Shown here: positions 11,184-23,957 of the stretch, piece after piece | Position numbering within the stretch: position 1 is the first letter of the stretch | How the letters are laid out: every line of letters starts with the position of its first letter | Assembly: GCA_010909165.1 (NCBI GenBank) | Contig: MU008179.1 | Location: 744,001-808,000, forward strand | From: Anthoceros angustus | Taxonomy: Eukaryota > Plantae > Anthocerotophyta | Length of the DNA: 64,000 nucleotides | Direction: 5' to 3' | Notes under the pieces: model-generated | Databases searched by the model: none | Seen by the model: the letters and a program-made list of their open reading frames with translations, nothing else | Told to the model about the DNA's origin: nothing | Position numbers and translations under genes: made by a program

Positions 11184-12318
11184 TTCGCGGATTCTTGTGT
11201 GGTTCCGAGCATCGCCTAGCGCTTGCCGTGTCTGGCAGCACGCCTACCCGTTCCATCCGTGGACCACGGTCGTGTGACCCCAAACTTGCCTCTACGGAAA
11301 TGTACATTATTTTGCGCTATGCTAGCAGCCCAGGCTCCAGCAGCGATTTATAAACCAACTGGACAGCACTTCGTCGATTACGCAAGTCACGCCACCAGAG
11401 TTAGCACACAAGCCGGTCTCAAGCTCTCGAGCGGTCTTGCGGCACATGGCTTGTAAGCTCTTCGGCATATGGTTCGTAGGCCCTCCGCATATATCGCCGC
11501 CTCTTTGAATAGAGAGCTGCTGCTTTGTAACGTATCTGGTAGCATGGCCCGAATTTTCACGCCAGTCTAGAATAATTATTGAATTTATAAATAAGATATA
11601 TCGCCAACCTTAGGCACCATCTTAGTAATCAAAGTATTTTATTCTGGACGCGCACAAATTCACCTCTCACCTTCAACTCCGAACACATAGAAACTGCAAG
11701 CAAAAACGTTGAAAGTCCTTTTCACCTTGACAAACATTTTTGAAGCACACAATAACCTTCTTCACTATAGTACAAGTGACAGAAAAGTGAGGTTTCAAAG
11801 GAACATGTAGTTACATATGCTGGACCGTGCAAAATGCACCCTAAAATTTACATTACAATTTCCTAACATGAGTTATTGAAATGTATGAGCTACATAACTA
11901 GTAAAGTTGTTGAGAAGGTGTGTGAGATAATTACTAAAGTTGTTCCACTCCAATAGCGGATGATGAAGTGTCTCAGCATGTGGAGAGAAGAAGATACTTC
12001 AACATGTGCAGAATATGTTGCTGGAAAATCGAGAAGATGATCCTTCAACATATGCAGAATATGTTGATGGAAAATCGCAAAAGCAAACCCTTCAAACGGA
12101 TGTTGTGTAAACGACCTTCCTCACCGATGCAAGCTGCTAGGTCCTGTGCAAATCCAGTGCTCCACCTCTTGGTATCCAATTGATGCAAGAATCTTTGAAG
12201 ACCATTAGTGACTCTTGATGAAGCAGGAAAGTCGTGCTCCATGCGTCATATGTATGGATCCTTGCCTCCATAGATAGAAAACCAATCGAACCACAAAAGG
12301 GAGTATAAACGTAGTTCC

Positions 12319-12503
<185 letters not shown>

Positions 12504-13141
12504 GTTTTCACTTAGGGATCGGGCTCCTTCGCGCTTCCGGAATTGGCATTCTCGGAATCCATCCTTCCGGGGAAGTCCATCCGTTCCAAAATCAAGCCCC
12601 TCTATTCCACTTCCGGAACGGGCCACTTGCCACTTCCGGAATCGGGACCCGGCAGTGTTATGTTCGAAGGACATCCAGGCTACCGCCAGTGAGCAGCCAC
12701 CGGCTCCACCGGTCAAGATCGAAGCCACAGCGGTATAGAGAGTATACGTAGGTTATAGAAGGCGCGCTACCAACTGGTGTTGGAGCGAAGGTGAGTGAGG
12801 TGGTGTCCCGAAAATTCGGGCAAAGGAAAGCGACCTCAATCGCTTCGATCGATCGGGTTGCCGAGGAAACTCGTTCGCCTCCTGCTGCGTACAATCAAAG
12901 CGGGAGGAGACGCATCCACGCAGCCGCAGGCGTCGCCTGCGGAATGCGGGTGCAGAACGCTGCGTCGCTGCTTTCTTGATGTGAAGCCGTCTTGCTCCTG
13001 CTGCCGGCGTTGTTCTCCAGGCACATGCAACAATTTGGCAGCTGAGCGGACGGACTGCAGGGATCAGACTGCGCGCAGCTCCCTCCTCTCCGGTGTGGTG
13101 CAGGTGCAGATGCAATTCCCGTCACAGCAGACCGACTGACC

Positions 13142-16100
13142 ATGGACAGCTCCAAGCCCTACGCTCCGGTTCCCATGCAGCCCGGGCTGCACTCGGTGCA
13201 GGCGGGAGCAGCTGTTGCGCAGCAGTCACTCGTCATAGCCAGCGCCAACGCCACTGTCGCAGGTGTGGCGTTCCCGGCCGCCACGGCCGCCGCTGCCTCG
13301 TCCTTGGCGTCGGTGTCGGCATTTCAAACTGCCCGAGACGCGTCCGAACTTCGTGAGAGTTACCTGAAAAACGAGAGGAAACAAAAGTGCCTTACTTGTG
13401 GCAACACTGCCCGAGCCCGGTCAGTTTTTCAGCTTAATTCGCTTTCTTTATTCACGCCTGCCTTCCTGTACAATTACGGATGCTGATGTCTTGGACGTTC
13501 GCTTCCGTTTCTAGCTAGTGGCCGGAATTGCGCTTCGGAGCTGGTGGGATAGAAGCTCTTTTGCCACAATTGGCCATCGCGCTGCGGATGCCATCTGACC
13601 GAGCCATCTTGATGCAGGTGCCCTTTTCGTCAGTGCAGGACTTGCTGTATGAAGTCCAACAAGTCGTGCTACATCCATGGTAAATGTCCAGGAGGCCGCC
13701 CGCTATCTCTGCTCTGACTTCAGGTGTCATCGCCTCTTCTCTTGAGTTTGCATACCATGACGTGGGACGCGATTGCTGTTCCAGTGGTGAAGCAAGGGAG
13801 GCCTGAGCTAACTCCGAATGGTTCGATCATGATGGGGACGTCCTTCGATCCGCGATACCAATCGCCGGGGAGCATGTATGTTCTTGCCCTAATTGCTTGT
13901 CTGAGTTTCACACGATCCTTACTGGTACTCTTGTGTTCTTGTTTTCTGGAACTTTTCTATCAAGTCATCTGCTCATCCGTAGGTTTGAATACCGTGCCTG
14001 CAGGACGATAGGGCATGTGTCGCCTCAGTTCAGACAGCCGGCCCCTCCAACTTATGTGCCCCCCGGAGCTGGTGTTCCCATGAGATACCCTACTCCAACC
14101 CCAGGGATGACATATGGCTCTCAGTTCTACAGACCTGCCGCCCCTGGAGCACAGGTCCCGACCAACTGGTCGAAGGTTACCCCTGGTCCACAAGTGACCC
14201 CTCAGACAAGGGAGCAGATGGAATACATGCGACTCAAGAGTTACCGTGCTGCTACACAAGCCATGCAGAAGGTGATTGCCACTCAGTTCAGCCAGCTGTC
14301 CCTGTTTGGTGATTTTACCTTGATGCTCTGCCTGTGTATCCTCATACTTCACAACTGGGGTCACAGACCATTTCTGATCCACTGAGCTCCTGTTTCTCTG
14401 GTCCTCCAGGAGGCCAATATGCTTAATGCTTGGAGGCTTCGCAAGTTAAAGGAATATGATGAAACTGAGGCTGCCCTGGAGGACGAAGCATTTGACCGTT
14501 ATGCAAAGAGCATGTCTTGGCTGGAGGAAGTGTTCTCTTTTGATGGACCAGCAGTGGATGGACTCTCAGATGAAGGACATCTACTGGTGGAAGATGTCCA
14601 GGTTCAAAACAGTAGTGGAACTGAGCGAACTCTAGTAGATGGCTCAACGTTGGCAGATGGCTTGCGAGTGAGGTCAGCTCTGAACTCCAAAAAGAAGGAG
14701 GGGGGCAGACAAAGATTGAAAAGAGCAATAGAAAGGAACTTACAAAAGCTGAAGGCAAGGGACGAAAGTGTGGAGCACTGGAATGAAGATGATGACTACA
14801 ACTTGCCTGTGTTACCAGGTGGTTCCCATGCAAAAAAATTGAAAACCACCAGCAAGGAAGGCAGAGATTGCATCAAAAGAATGGATGCCTTTGACTTTGT
14901 GGTTCAGAAAGTAAATGACATCAAAAGTCGAGATGACATCTGGAGGTCTTTTAGTCTCTACAAGGATAGCTTTGGTCCAGGAATAGGCCGTATTCTACCT
15001 CATCGGACCCAAACAGCGGAGGATTTCTTAGGCTGTGAAGCTGTTATACGCAACAACGTGGAGAGCGCGAAGGAGCCAGAATGGATGGGTAGTGCAGAAG
15101 GTGATTGCCACTCAGTTCAGCCAGCTGTCCTGTTTGGTGATTTTACCTTGATGCTCTGCCTGTGTATCCTCATACTTCACAACTGGGGTCACAGACCATT
15201 TCTGATCCACTGAGCTCCTGTTTCTCTGGTCCTCCAGGAGGCCAATATGCTTAATGCTTGAGGCTTCGCAAGTTAAAGAATATGATGAAACTGAGGCTGC
15301 CCTGGAGGACGAAGCATTTGACCGTTATGCAAAGAGCATGTCTTGGCTGGAGGAAGTGTTCTCTTTTGATGGACCAGCAGTGGATGGACTCTCAGATGAA
15401 GGACATCTACTGGTGGAAGATGTCCAGGTTCAAAACAGTAGTGGAACTGAGCGAACTCTAGTAGATGGCTCAACGTTGGCAGATGGCTTGAGTGAGGTCA
15501 GCTCTGAACTCCAAAAAGAAGGAGGGGGGCAGACAAAGATTGAAAAGAGCAATAGAAAGGAACTTACAAAAGCTGAAGGCAAGGGACGAAAGTGTGGAGC
15601 ACTGGAATGAAGATGATGACTACAACTTGCCTGTGTTACCAGGTGGTTCCCATGCAAAAAAATTGAAAACCACCAGCAAGGAAGGCAGAGATTGCATCAA
15701 AAGAATGGATGCCTTTGACTTTGTGGTTCAGAAAGTAAATGACATCAAAAGTCGAGATGACATCTGGAGGTCTTTTAGTCTCTACAAGGATAGCTTTGGT
15801 CCAGGAATAGGCCGTATTCTACCTCATCGGACCCAAACAGCGGAGGATTTCTTAGGCTGTGAAGCTGTTATACGCAACAACGTGGAGAGCGCGAAGGAGC
15901 CAGAATGGATGGGTAGTGCAGAAGGCTTAACGGAAGATTCTGGCCAGGGATGTAGCAATGGTGAGTGTGCGGCCGAAAATGGACAGCAGTCAACGGTTGT
16001 TCTTGCTGATGAAAGAGGTGGCTCATTGACGATAGATATTGCAGAAGGCATAACTGAGGCTTCTGTGAAGCCAGGTACCACTACAGGTCAATGGACAGTT

Positions 16101-16889
16101 GAGAACGTGACTTTCGAGTCAAAGAAGCAAGGAGATGCTAGTTTCAGGGTACAGGAGGGATGTGAGGAGGTGGACATTCAAATGACAGATGCTGCTCCAC
16201 TTGCAAGAGACGACTGTGGAACTGCTGATGCCCTTCAGGGAGGAGGAGTTAGCATTGAGGAAGGAGCACCTAATCCAGGCCCTGCTAATGAGGCTGCAGT
16301 TCCGATGGATGTGTCTCAAGAAGCAATAGAGGTGGGAGGTGAGCTTAGTACTCATGGTCAATTGGCTATTGAACCTGAGACAGTGCAAGCGAATCAGCAA
16401 GGAGATGGTGGTTCCAGCCTACCCGAGAGATCTGTGCAGGTTGAAGTCCAAAATTTGGACGCTGCTGAGCTTGCAAGAGACGACAGTAGAATTGCTGATG
16501 CTCACCAAGGAGAAACAGCCAGCATTGTGCAAGCAGCACCTGTTGTCGGCCCTGCTGGTGCTCCTGCAGTTCCAAAGGGCGTATTGCAAGATGGGGTAGA
16601 GGCTGGTCAAGATCAGGCACCAAGCAAGAACGTCAGCGTACTTGGTCCTCAAAATCTCCAAACCCAGGTTGCCTCGAAAGTGAAACCCATGGAGAGCATT
16701 GAGGGGTTTAAAGGCCCTGAATTAGCGAAACCCAGGTACAATCCATCCGCTGACAGTAGCTTTGTACAACCTCAAAATGTCTTCCCTGCCATCTGTGTTT
16801 GTGCCTGGAGGAGAGTGGATATGAACGTGCCAACTGCCGATAAAGTTTTGCAATATTTAAGCCAAATTGAAGGTTTAGAGGAGTTGTAA
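13142..16889 (+). CDS. Uncharacterised conserved plant protein with an SHI/STY-like Cys/His zinc finger (resembles Arabidopsis AT1G32730), multi-exon, containing a local duplication
   Basis: Spliced KCLTCGNTARAR/CPFRQCRTCCMKSNKSCYIH, then LNAWRLRKLKEY...EDEAFDRYAKSMSWLEEVFSF, and C-terminal ...ADKVLQYLSQIEGLEEL*. Similarity recalled, not searched. Confidence 0.65.
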
Positions 16890-17101
16890 CCTATGCTCCA
16901 ATAGGAAATAAAATTGTACCTATAAATTAGAATTTAAATTTCTCGGTGTCCACCCCCTATCGTCCATATATGTGTGTACCTGTGAACTGCCCTAATTGTC
17001 TCACGCAAGCCCTACCTAGCTAGCTAGTACACGTTTGTGTCGGCCTGCGAAAGCTTTCTCTGCGCCCCGCGCTCGTCACATCATCCCGGCCGGCGAGAAA
17101 G

Positions 17102-17797
17102 ATGGTAAACGTCCGTTTGTTCCCGGTCTGGTTCCATACGTCTGGGAAATTTGTGGGAGAGTGCTTCTGATTGATGTGCGTCCGCTTGTGTGCAGGCTCC
17201 CAAGAAGGAGAAGGCACCTGCAGCTGCTACCAAGCCTGCCAAGAGCGGCGGAGGTGGCAAGCAGAAGAAGAAGGTAGAGCTGAGTTGAGTCCTAGAGTCT
17301 GGCCACTGACTTGCTCAATTTTGATTGGAGCCTGCGTGGCTGGTTTGGCTTTGCCGTTTGAGCTGAGTCATTCGTGGGCTGGCGGCAGAAATGGAGCAAA
17401 GGTAAGCAGAAGGAGAAAGTGAACAACATGGTTCTTTTCGATCAGGCCACTTACGACAAGCTTTTGTCTGAGGTGCCCAAGTACAAGCTGATTACTCCAT
17501 CCGTCCTGTCCGATCGTCTCCGGGTATGTTTTCCGTGCTCGCTATGATGGTCGTTAACAAACTAGGTCTGAGCTGCATTCGGGAACGACCTGTTTCTTGT
17601 TCTTACTGGCTTTGGTGCTTGTGGAATCGATTGATTGGAATGGCTATCTTCTCTTTTGACGTAGTGAAATATGACTTTCGCAGATAACCGGTTCTCTTGC
17701 ACGAAAGGCTATCTTGCATTTGAGGGAGCGTGGTACAATCAGGCTGGTAGCTGCTCATGCTAACCAGCAGATTTATACCAGGGCGACCAACACCTAG
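17102..17797 (+). CDS. RPS25: 40S ribosomal protein S25
   Basis: ATG-only first exon, then APKKEKAP...[60 protein letters not shown]...[10 protein letters not shown], with GT-AG introns. Confidence 0.95.
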
Positions 17798-19545
17798 GTG
17801 TAGACGCTATCCCTTCGTGACATCGTCGAATTCTTTATCATGCGTGGGTGATTCTGTTTTGGGAAAAACTTCTGTGAGAACTCTTCACACAATTTTGGTG
17901 AAGCCTGGGTTTTGTTTTCCCCAGCAACCCACATAAGCGGTGTTTGAATTTTGGAAGGCATCTCGTGTGGCTCGTAAGAGAGCAACATTGTGACATAAAG
18001 GTTGGAGGCCACTGCTTCCCCGTGACGGATACAGGCAATATCGCCTTGTGCTTGCAAGACTGAGTATCAAGTGATACTGGGAAAGGGCCTTCGTTCTGTA
18101 TTCTGCTCGTTTCGGCCGTGTCTTTCGCGCTTCTGTCTTCTGCTTGCTCCGTCCTTGTCTTGCAGTTGGGTATTCGACCAAGTCTTGTCCCTGTCCTGCG
18201 TGGGTAGTCCTGTCCCTCGTCAGTATGAATTTTATTCAGTGTTCCCGAACATCCTCCTCGGCCTTGGCGGGACCACATGGAAGCTTAGGGCAGACTAGGC
18301 TGTGACACGGAGCGGAATGAGCTGTGTTGAGGGTTGTCCGACCTCATAGCCCTGTTGTCTGCTGATGGGACCATCCCATGCGGGTGCATGTACATATTAT
18401 ACAAGACCTAATGTTTTCTTTCATGTGTCCAACGATCGTTTGCCCTGGCATTGCCACCACATTATTGACTCGGTTGTATTATTGAGACACAGAAGTAGGT
18501 ATATTTAACCCCCAAAAGACGAACCTAGTCGAATTGATTGGTTGTCGGTGAATTTGGGAATTTCTGTTGGTTGATTCGGAAGGGGCGTTTAGATTTGTCT
18601 TTCTTAGAAACGGATGAGCGGATGCAACTCTGTATGATGGTCATTGTGGGAGTGAAAACAGGGTCACGTATGTATAAATCACTGAAATTCAGCCCAAAAC
18701 CTAGAAAACAGGCTTCGTGCTTTAGGGGGCAAGCCAAGAGCACAAGACCCGTCCGTCTCATTTCGCTTCCGAGCATCAGTCCTTCTGCCGAAATGCTGTA
18801 TCGAACTTGTGCAGCCTTGCACAAATTTCATGACCCGTTAGTGCCGGGACTCTATATAAGTCTCCGTACCGTGCGGGAAGAAAGAATCGGCATATGAATC
18901 GCGAAGATGGGCTGTCCCCATTACGATTCGAGGAGCAGGAGAGTTGAAAAGGCTTGTGTGAACCGAAAACTGGGCACGACGCATGGTTGTGCCCTTGGAA
19001 GCAAGACAGGAGCATGTCATGTTTGAAGAGATGGCACACCCGTCTTTCCAGCTTGCAGAACACGGGAAGGTTTTGGCCAGGTGATTGCTCCAGCTGATTG
19101 GCATTGCTCCAGCTAGTTCATGGTAGCTGGGAATTTTGTTCTCATGTCTTCAACTGTGGCTTGCAGTTGCATGTGCACAACGAGAGGGATGCTGGAAGGC
19201 GTATGTGACATGTGTGACATGTGTGAGATATCTCCGGTGCCACGCTTCGCAGTGGTCAGACAAATCGTTGAACCAGGTGAAGCTTGTTTCTGAGCCTGGC
19301 ACTGTCAGTTCTTTCGCAATTATGGATTTCGCATCTCATCATGTGATGAACGCAGAGCAATTCGAATTCTCTGGACCTTGAACGCGTTACATCAAGCGGG
19401 TGCCTGCGCCTTGAGCATGGAGTGAACCCCCAGGGCATGAAAGTGAAGGCTTTGAACTCCCCTGAGGCACATCTCGGGCCCTGCAGAACATCTTATCGAG
19501 TACAAGACCCTTCACGGTATTGGCCTCTCAGTACTTGATAGCTGA

Positions 19546-21075
19546 ATGTGCACGTGGCATGCATTTATGCTCTTCTTAATTCTAGTTATCTTGGTTTTGA
19601 TGCTACCAACATGTACTAGGGTGACAAGGAATGGCTCTGTCTTCGAAACTGGAGGCTGGAGGAAACTTTGTGAGGATGGGAAGCTTGAAGAGGCATTCGA
19701 GGCTGTGCATCTCCTGGCACAACAGGGCACTTTTATTCCGAATGGTATGTTGTACTCTCTTATTAAGAGTTGCATCGCCAGAAGGGACCTGGCCGTCGGC
19801 AGACGATTACATTCGCTTCTTACAAAGAGAAATGGGAATGCGCTCGACTCATTCTTTGGAAACCACATAATACGCCTGTATGCTTCTCAAGGAAGTCTTC
19901 TAGATGCGAACCACGTCTTTGGGGAATTGCGTGAGAGAGACACACATGTGTGGGCTTCAATCATTTCAGCGAACAGTGAACATGGGCGAGCTGAGCAGGC
20001 CATCGAACTGTACAATCAGATGAAGCAATCAACTGTGAAGCCGAACGACTATGTGTTTGTAGCAGTTCTGAAGGCATGTGCAAATGCTGGGGACTTGGCC
20101 TCGGGCAGGATGGTCCATGCCGATGTTGTCCGCAATGGGTTTGAGTCCAATGTGTTCGTGGGAAGCACCCTTGTAGACATGTATGCCAAATGTCGGAGCT
20201 TAGAAGATGCCCGCAATGTGTTTGACGGATTAGCAACTAGGAATGTGGTGACGTGGAGTGCGATGATCGCAGGGTATGCTAAGCAAGGTCTTGGTCAGGA
20301 CGCCCTAGATCTGTATGCAGCTATGCAGGAGGATGGCATGATGCCAGCGAATGTTATCACCTTTGTGAGTATCTTGAAAGCTTGTGGGACTGTGGGAGCC
20401 ATACAGGAAGGCAAGATGGTGCATACTCAGATCATGGAGAGGGCCTTAGAGTCTAATCCTTTGTTGCAAGCACACTTGTAGACATGTACGGTAAGTGTGG
20501 AAGGCTGGAAGATGCCCACAGACTGTTTGCAAGATTGCCAGCCAAGGATGTGGTAACATGGACTGCGCTGATTGATGGGTATGGCAAGCACAATGATGGT
20601 AGAATGGCAGTGCAGTGTTTCCAGGAGATGCAACAGGGAGGAGTCCAGCCCACCGCTGCAACATTTGCTTGTCTTCTAGTTGCCTGCAGTCACGTAGGGA
20701 TGCTGAATGAAGGTCACCAATATTTCAGGTTGATGAAGGAAAAGTATAGTATAGAACCCACTCTGGAACACTACAATATCATGGTTGATCTTCTTGGCAG
20801 GTCAGGGTGCTTGGATGATGCAGAAGATATGCTGAACACCATGCCATTTGGCGGTGATAATATCGGGTGGATGTCTCTGTTGAGTGCCTGTAGAAAGTAT
20901 GGCGATGTGAGCCGGGGGAGACTCTGTTTCGATCGTCTCCTCCAGTTGGACTCTGAGCATCCTTCGTCGTACGTGCTCATGTCCAGTATCTATGCAGATG
21001 CAGGCAGGTGGGATGATGTAGACAACATAGAAAAGCTTGAGAAGGTGTGCAGGAATTCATAGAAAAGCTGCAAAA
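19546..21075 (+). CDS. PLS-class PPR gene, first (3'-truncated) copy of a local duplication
   Basis: PPR motifs (WASIISANSEHG, FVGSTLVDMYAKC, VVTWSAMIAGYAKQG, HYNIMVDLLGRSG) and an E domain. It breaks at ...GIHRKAAK and jumps back to the sequence at 18947. The true start codon was not resolved. Confidence 0.75.
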
Positions 21076-21666
21076 GGCTTGTGTGAACCGAAACTGGGCA
21101 CGACGCATGGTTGTGCCCTTGGAAGCAAGACAGGAGCATGTCATGTTTGAAGAGATGGCACACCGTCTTTCCAGCTTGCAGAACACGGGAAGGTTTTGGC
21201 CAGGTGATTGCTCCAGCTGATTGGCATTGCTCCAGCTAGTTCATGGTAGCTGGGAATTTTGTTCTCATGTCTTCAACTGTGGCTTGCAGTTGCATGTGCA
21301 CAACGAGAGGGATGCTGGAAGGCGTATGTGACATGTGTGACATGTGTGAGATATCTCCGGTGCCACGCTTCGCAGTGGTCAGACAAATCGTTGAACCAGG
21401 TGAAGCTTGTTTCTGAGCCTGGCACTGTCAGTTCTTTCGCAATTATGGATTTCGCATCTCATCATGTGATGAACGCAGAGCAATTCTGAATTCTCTGGAC
21501 CTTGAACGCGTTACATCAAGCGGGTGCCTGCGCCTTGAGCATGGAGTGAACCCCAGGGCATGAAAGTGAAGGCTTTGAACTCCCTGAGGCACATCTCGGC
21601 CCTGCAGAACATCTTATCGAGTACAAGACCCTTCACGGTATTGGCCTCTCAGTACTTGATAGCTGA

Positions 21667-23578
21667 ATGTGCACGTGGCATGCATTTATGCTCTTCTTAA
21701 TTCTAGTTATCTTGGTTTTGATGCTACCAACATGTACTAGGGTGACAAGGAATGGCTCTGTCTTCGAAACTGGAGGCTGGAGGAAACTTTGTGAGGATGG
21801 GAAGCTTGAAGAGGCATTCGAGGCTGTGCATCTCCTGGCACAACAGGGCACTTTTATTCCGAATGGTATGTTGTACTCTCTTATTAAGAGTTGCATCGCC
21901 AGAAGGGACCTGGCCGTCGGCAGACGATTACATTCGCTTCTTACAAAGAGAAATGGAATGCGCTCGACTCATTCTTTGAAACCACATAATACGCCTGTAT
22001 GCTTCTCAAGGAAGTCTTCTAGATGCGAACCACGTCTTTGGGGAATTGCGTGAGAGACACACATGTGTGGGCTTCAATCATTTCAGCGAACAGTGAACAT
22101 GGGCGAGCTGAGCAGGCCATCGAACTGTACAATCAGATGAAGCAATCAACTGTGAAGCCGAACGACTATGTGTTTGTAGCAGTTCTGAAGGCATGTGCAA
22201 ATGCTGGGGACTTGGCCTCAGGCAGGATGGTCCATGCCGATGTTGTCCGCAATGGGTTTGAGTCCAATGTGTTCGTGGAAGCACCCTTGTAGACATGTAT
22301 GCCAAATGTCGGAGCTTAGAAGATGCCCGCAATGTGTTTGACGGATTAGCAACTAGGAATGTGGTGACGTGGAGTGCGATGATCGCAGGGTATGCTAAGC
22401 AAGGTCTTGGTCAGGACGCCCTAGATCTGTATGCAGCTATGCAGGAGGATGGCATGATGCCAGCGAATGTTATCACCTTTGTGAGTATCTTGAAAGCTTG
22501 TGGGACTGTGGGAGCCATACAGGAAGGCAAGATGGTGCATACTCAGATCATGGAGAGGGCCTTAGAGTCTAATCCTTTTGTTGCAAGCACACTTGTAGAC
22601 ATGTACGGTAAGTGTGGAAGGCTGGAAGATGCCCACAGACTGTTTGCAAGATTGCCAGCCAAGGATGTGGTAACATGGACTGCGCTGATTGATGGGTATG
22701 GCAAGCACAATGATGGTAGAATGGCAGTGCAGTGTTTCCAGGAGATGCAACAGGGAGGAGTCCAGCCCACCGCTGCAACATTTGCTTGTCTTCTAGTTGC
22801 CTGCAGTCACGTAGGGATGCTGAATGAAGGTCACCAATATTTCAGGTTGATGAAGGAAAAGTATAGTATAGAACCCACTCTGGAACACTACAATATCATG
22901 GTTGATCTTCTTGGCAGGTCAGGGTGCTTGGATGATGCAGAAGATATGCTGAACACCATGCCATTTGGCGGTGATAATATCGGGTGGATGTCTCTGTTGA
23001 GTGCCTGTAGAAAGTATGGCGATGTGAGCCGGGGGAGACTCTGTTTCGATCGTCTCCTCCAGTTGGACTCTGAGCATCCTTCGTCGTACGTGCTCATGTC
23101 CAGTATCTATGCAGATGCAGGCAGGTGGGATGATGTAGACAACATAGAAAGCTTGAGAAGGTGTGCAGGAATTCATAGAAAAGCTGCAAAAGCGCTTATT
23201 GAAGTAAACCAGAGGGTTTACGAGTTCACTGTCGGTGAGAAGAGGGATGATGTGGCATTGAAGCTAAGAAGTCTGAACGCCCGGATGAAGGAAGGAGGCT
23301 ATGTCCCACAAACTGACAAAGTTATGAGGCTACAGTCTGACCAGGAGAAAGAGGATGCCCTTTGCGGACATGCAGAGAAACTAGCTCTGGCTTATGGTCT
23401 CCTCAACACTTCCGAAGGTACAACACTGCTTATCACCAAGAATCTTCGGATGTGTGGTGACTGCCATAGTGGTACCAAGATCATCTCCAATATTGAGAGG
23501 CGGGAGATCATTGTCAGAGATGCCCACCACGTTCATCATTTTAAGAACGGGTCATGCTCATGTGGGGATCACAGCTGA
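21667..23578 (+). CDS. PLS-class PPR RNA-editing factor with E and DYW:KP-type deaminase domain (5' part frameshifted in this copy)
   Basis: PLS repeats, E domain (SSYVLMSSIYADAGRWDDV), RKAAKALIEV in place of the PG box, LCGHAEKLA, KNLRMCGDCH, and the ending HHFKNGSCSCGDHS*. Confidence 0.9.
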
Positions 23579-23957
23579 GCTTCACCTAAAATCCGAGCCG
23601 GAGTGTACGTCGACGTCAATTGTGTAGGAAGCCTGTCAGTAGATGGACCTTCCCTCTCACTATCTGAAAGCGAGTTCACTTCTGACAGCCCTAGACGGAA
23701 TTAAGTCTGCCACTGGCCAGGGCTCTCAGGATGATTCGGGTGAACCACTCCAACGTGTTCAGGAGAGTGGTTTCATAGACAAGAAGCTGGAAAAGCTGCA
23801 CCTGATTTGGCGCCTGACGGAATCACTCCAAATGGATGGTCCCTGCAGTGATAAGTGGATGATGTGGTACCCGAACCTTTTCACAACGGACCCTATGGTT
23901 ACAACACGCAGTGGCACAAGTATTTAGTGCTTTACAAAGTGAATTAAAATAGTATTT

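Noticed and set aside
19546-21062. A second, independent PPR gene
   Set aside because: Near-identical to 21667-23190 apart from homopolymer indels, and it ends at a microhomology junction. Treated as a probable duplicate representation.
23643-23927. 94-aa ORF downstream of the PPR gene
   Set aside because: No motif and probably 3' UTR sequence.
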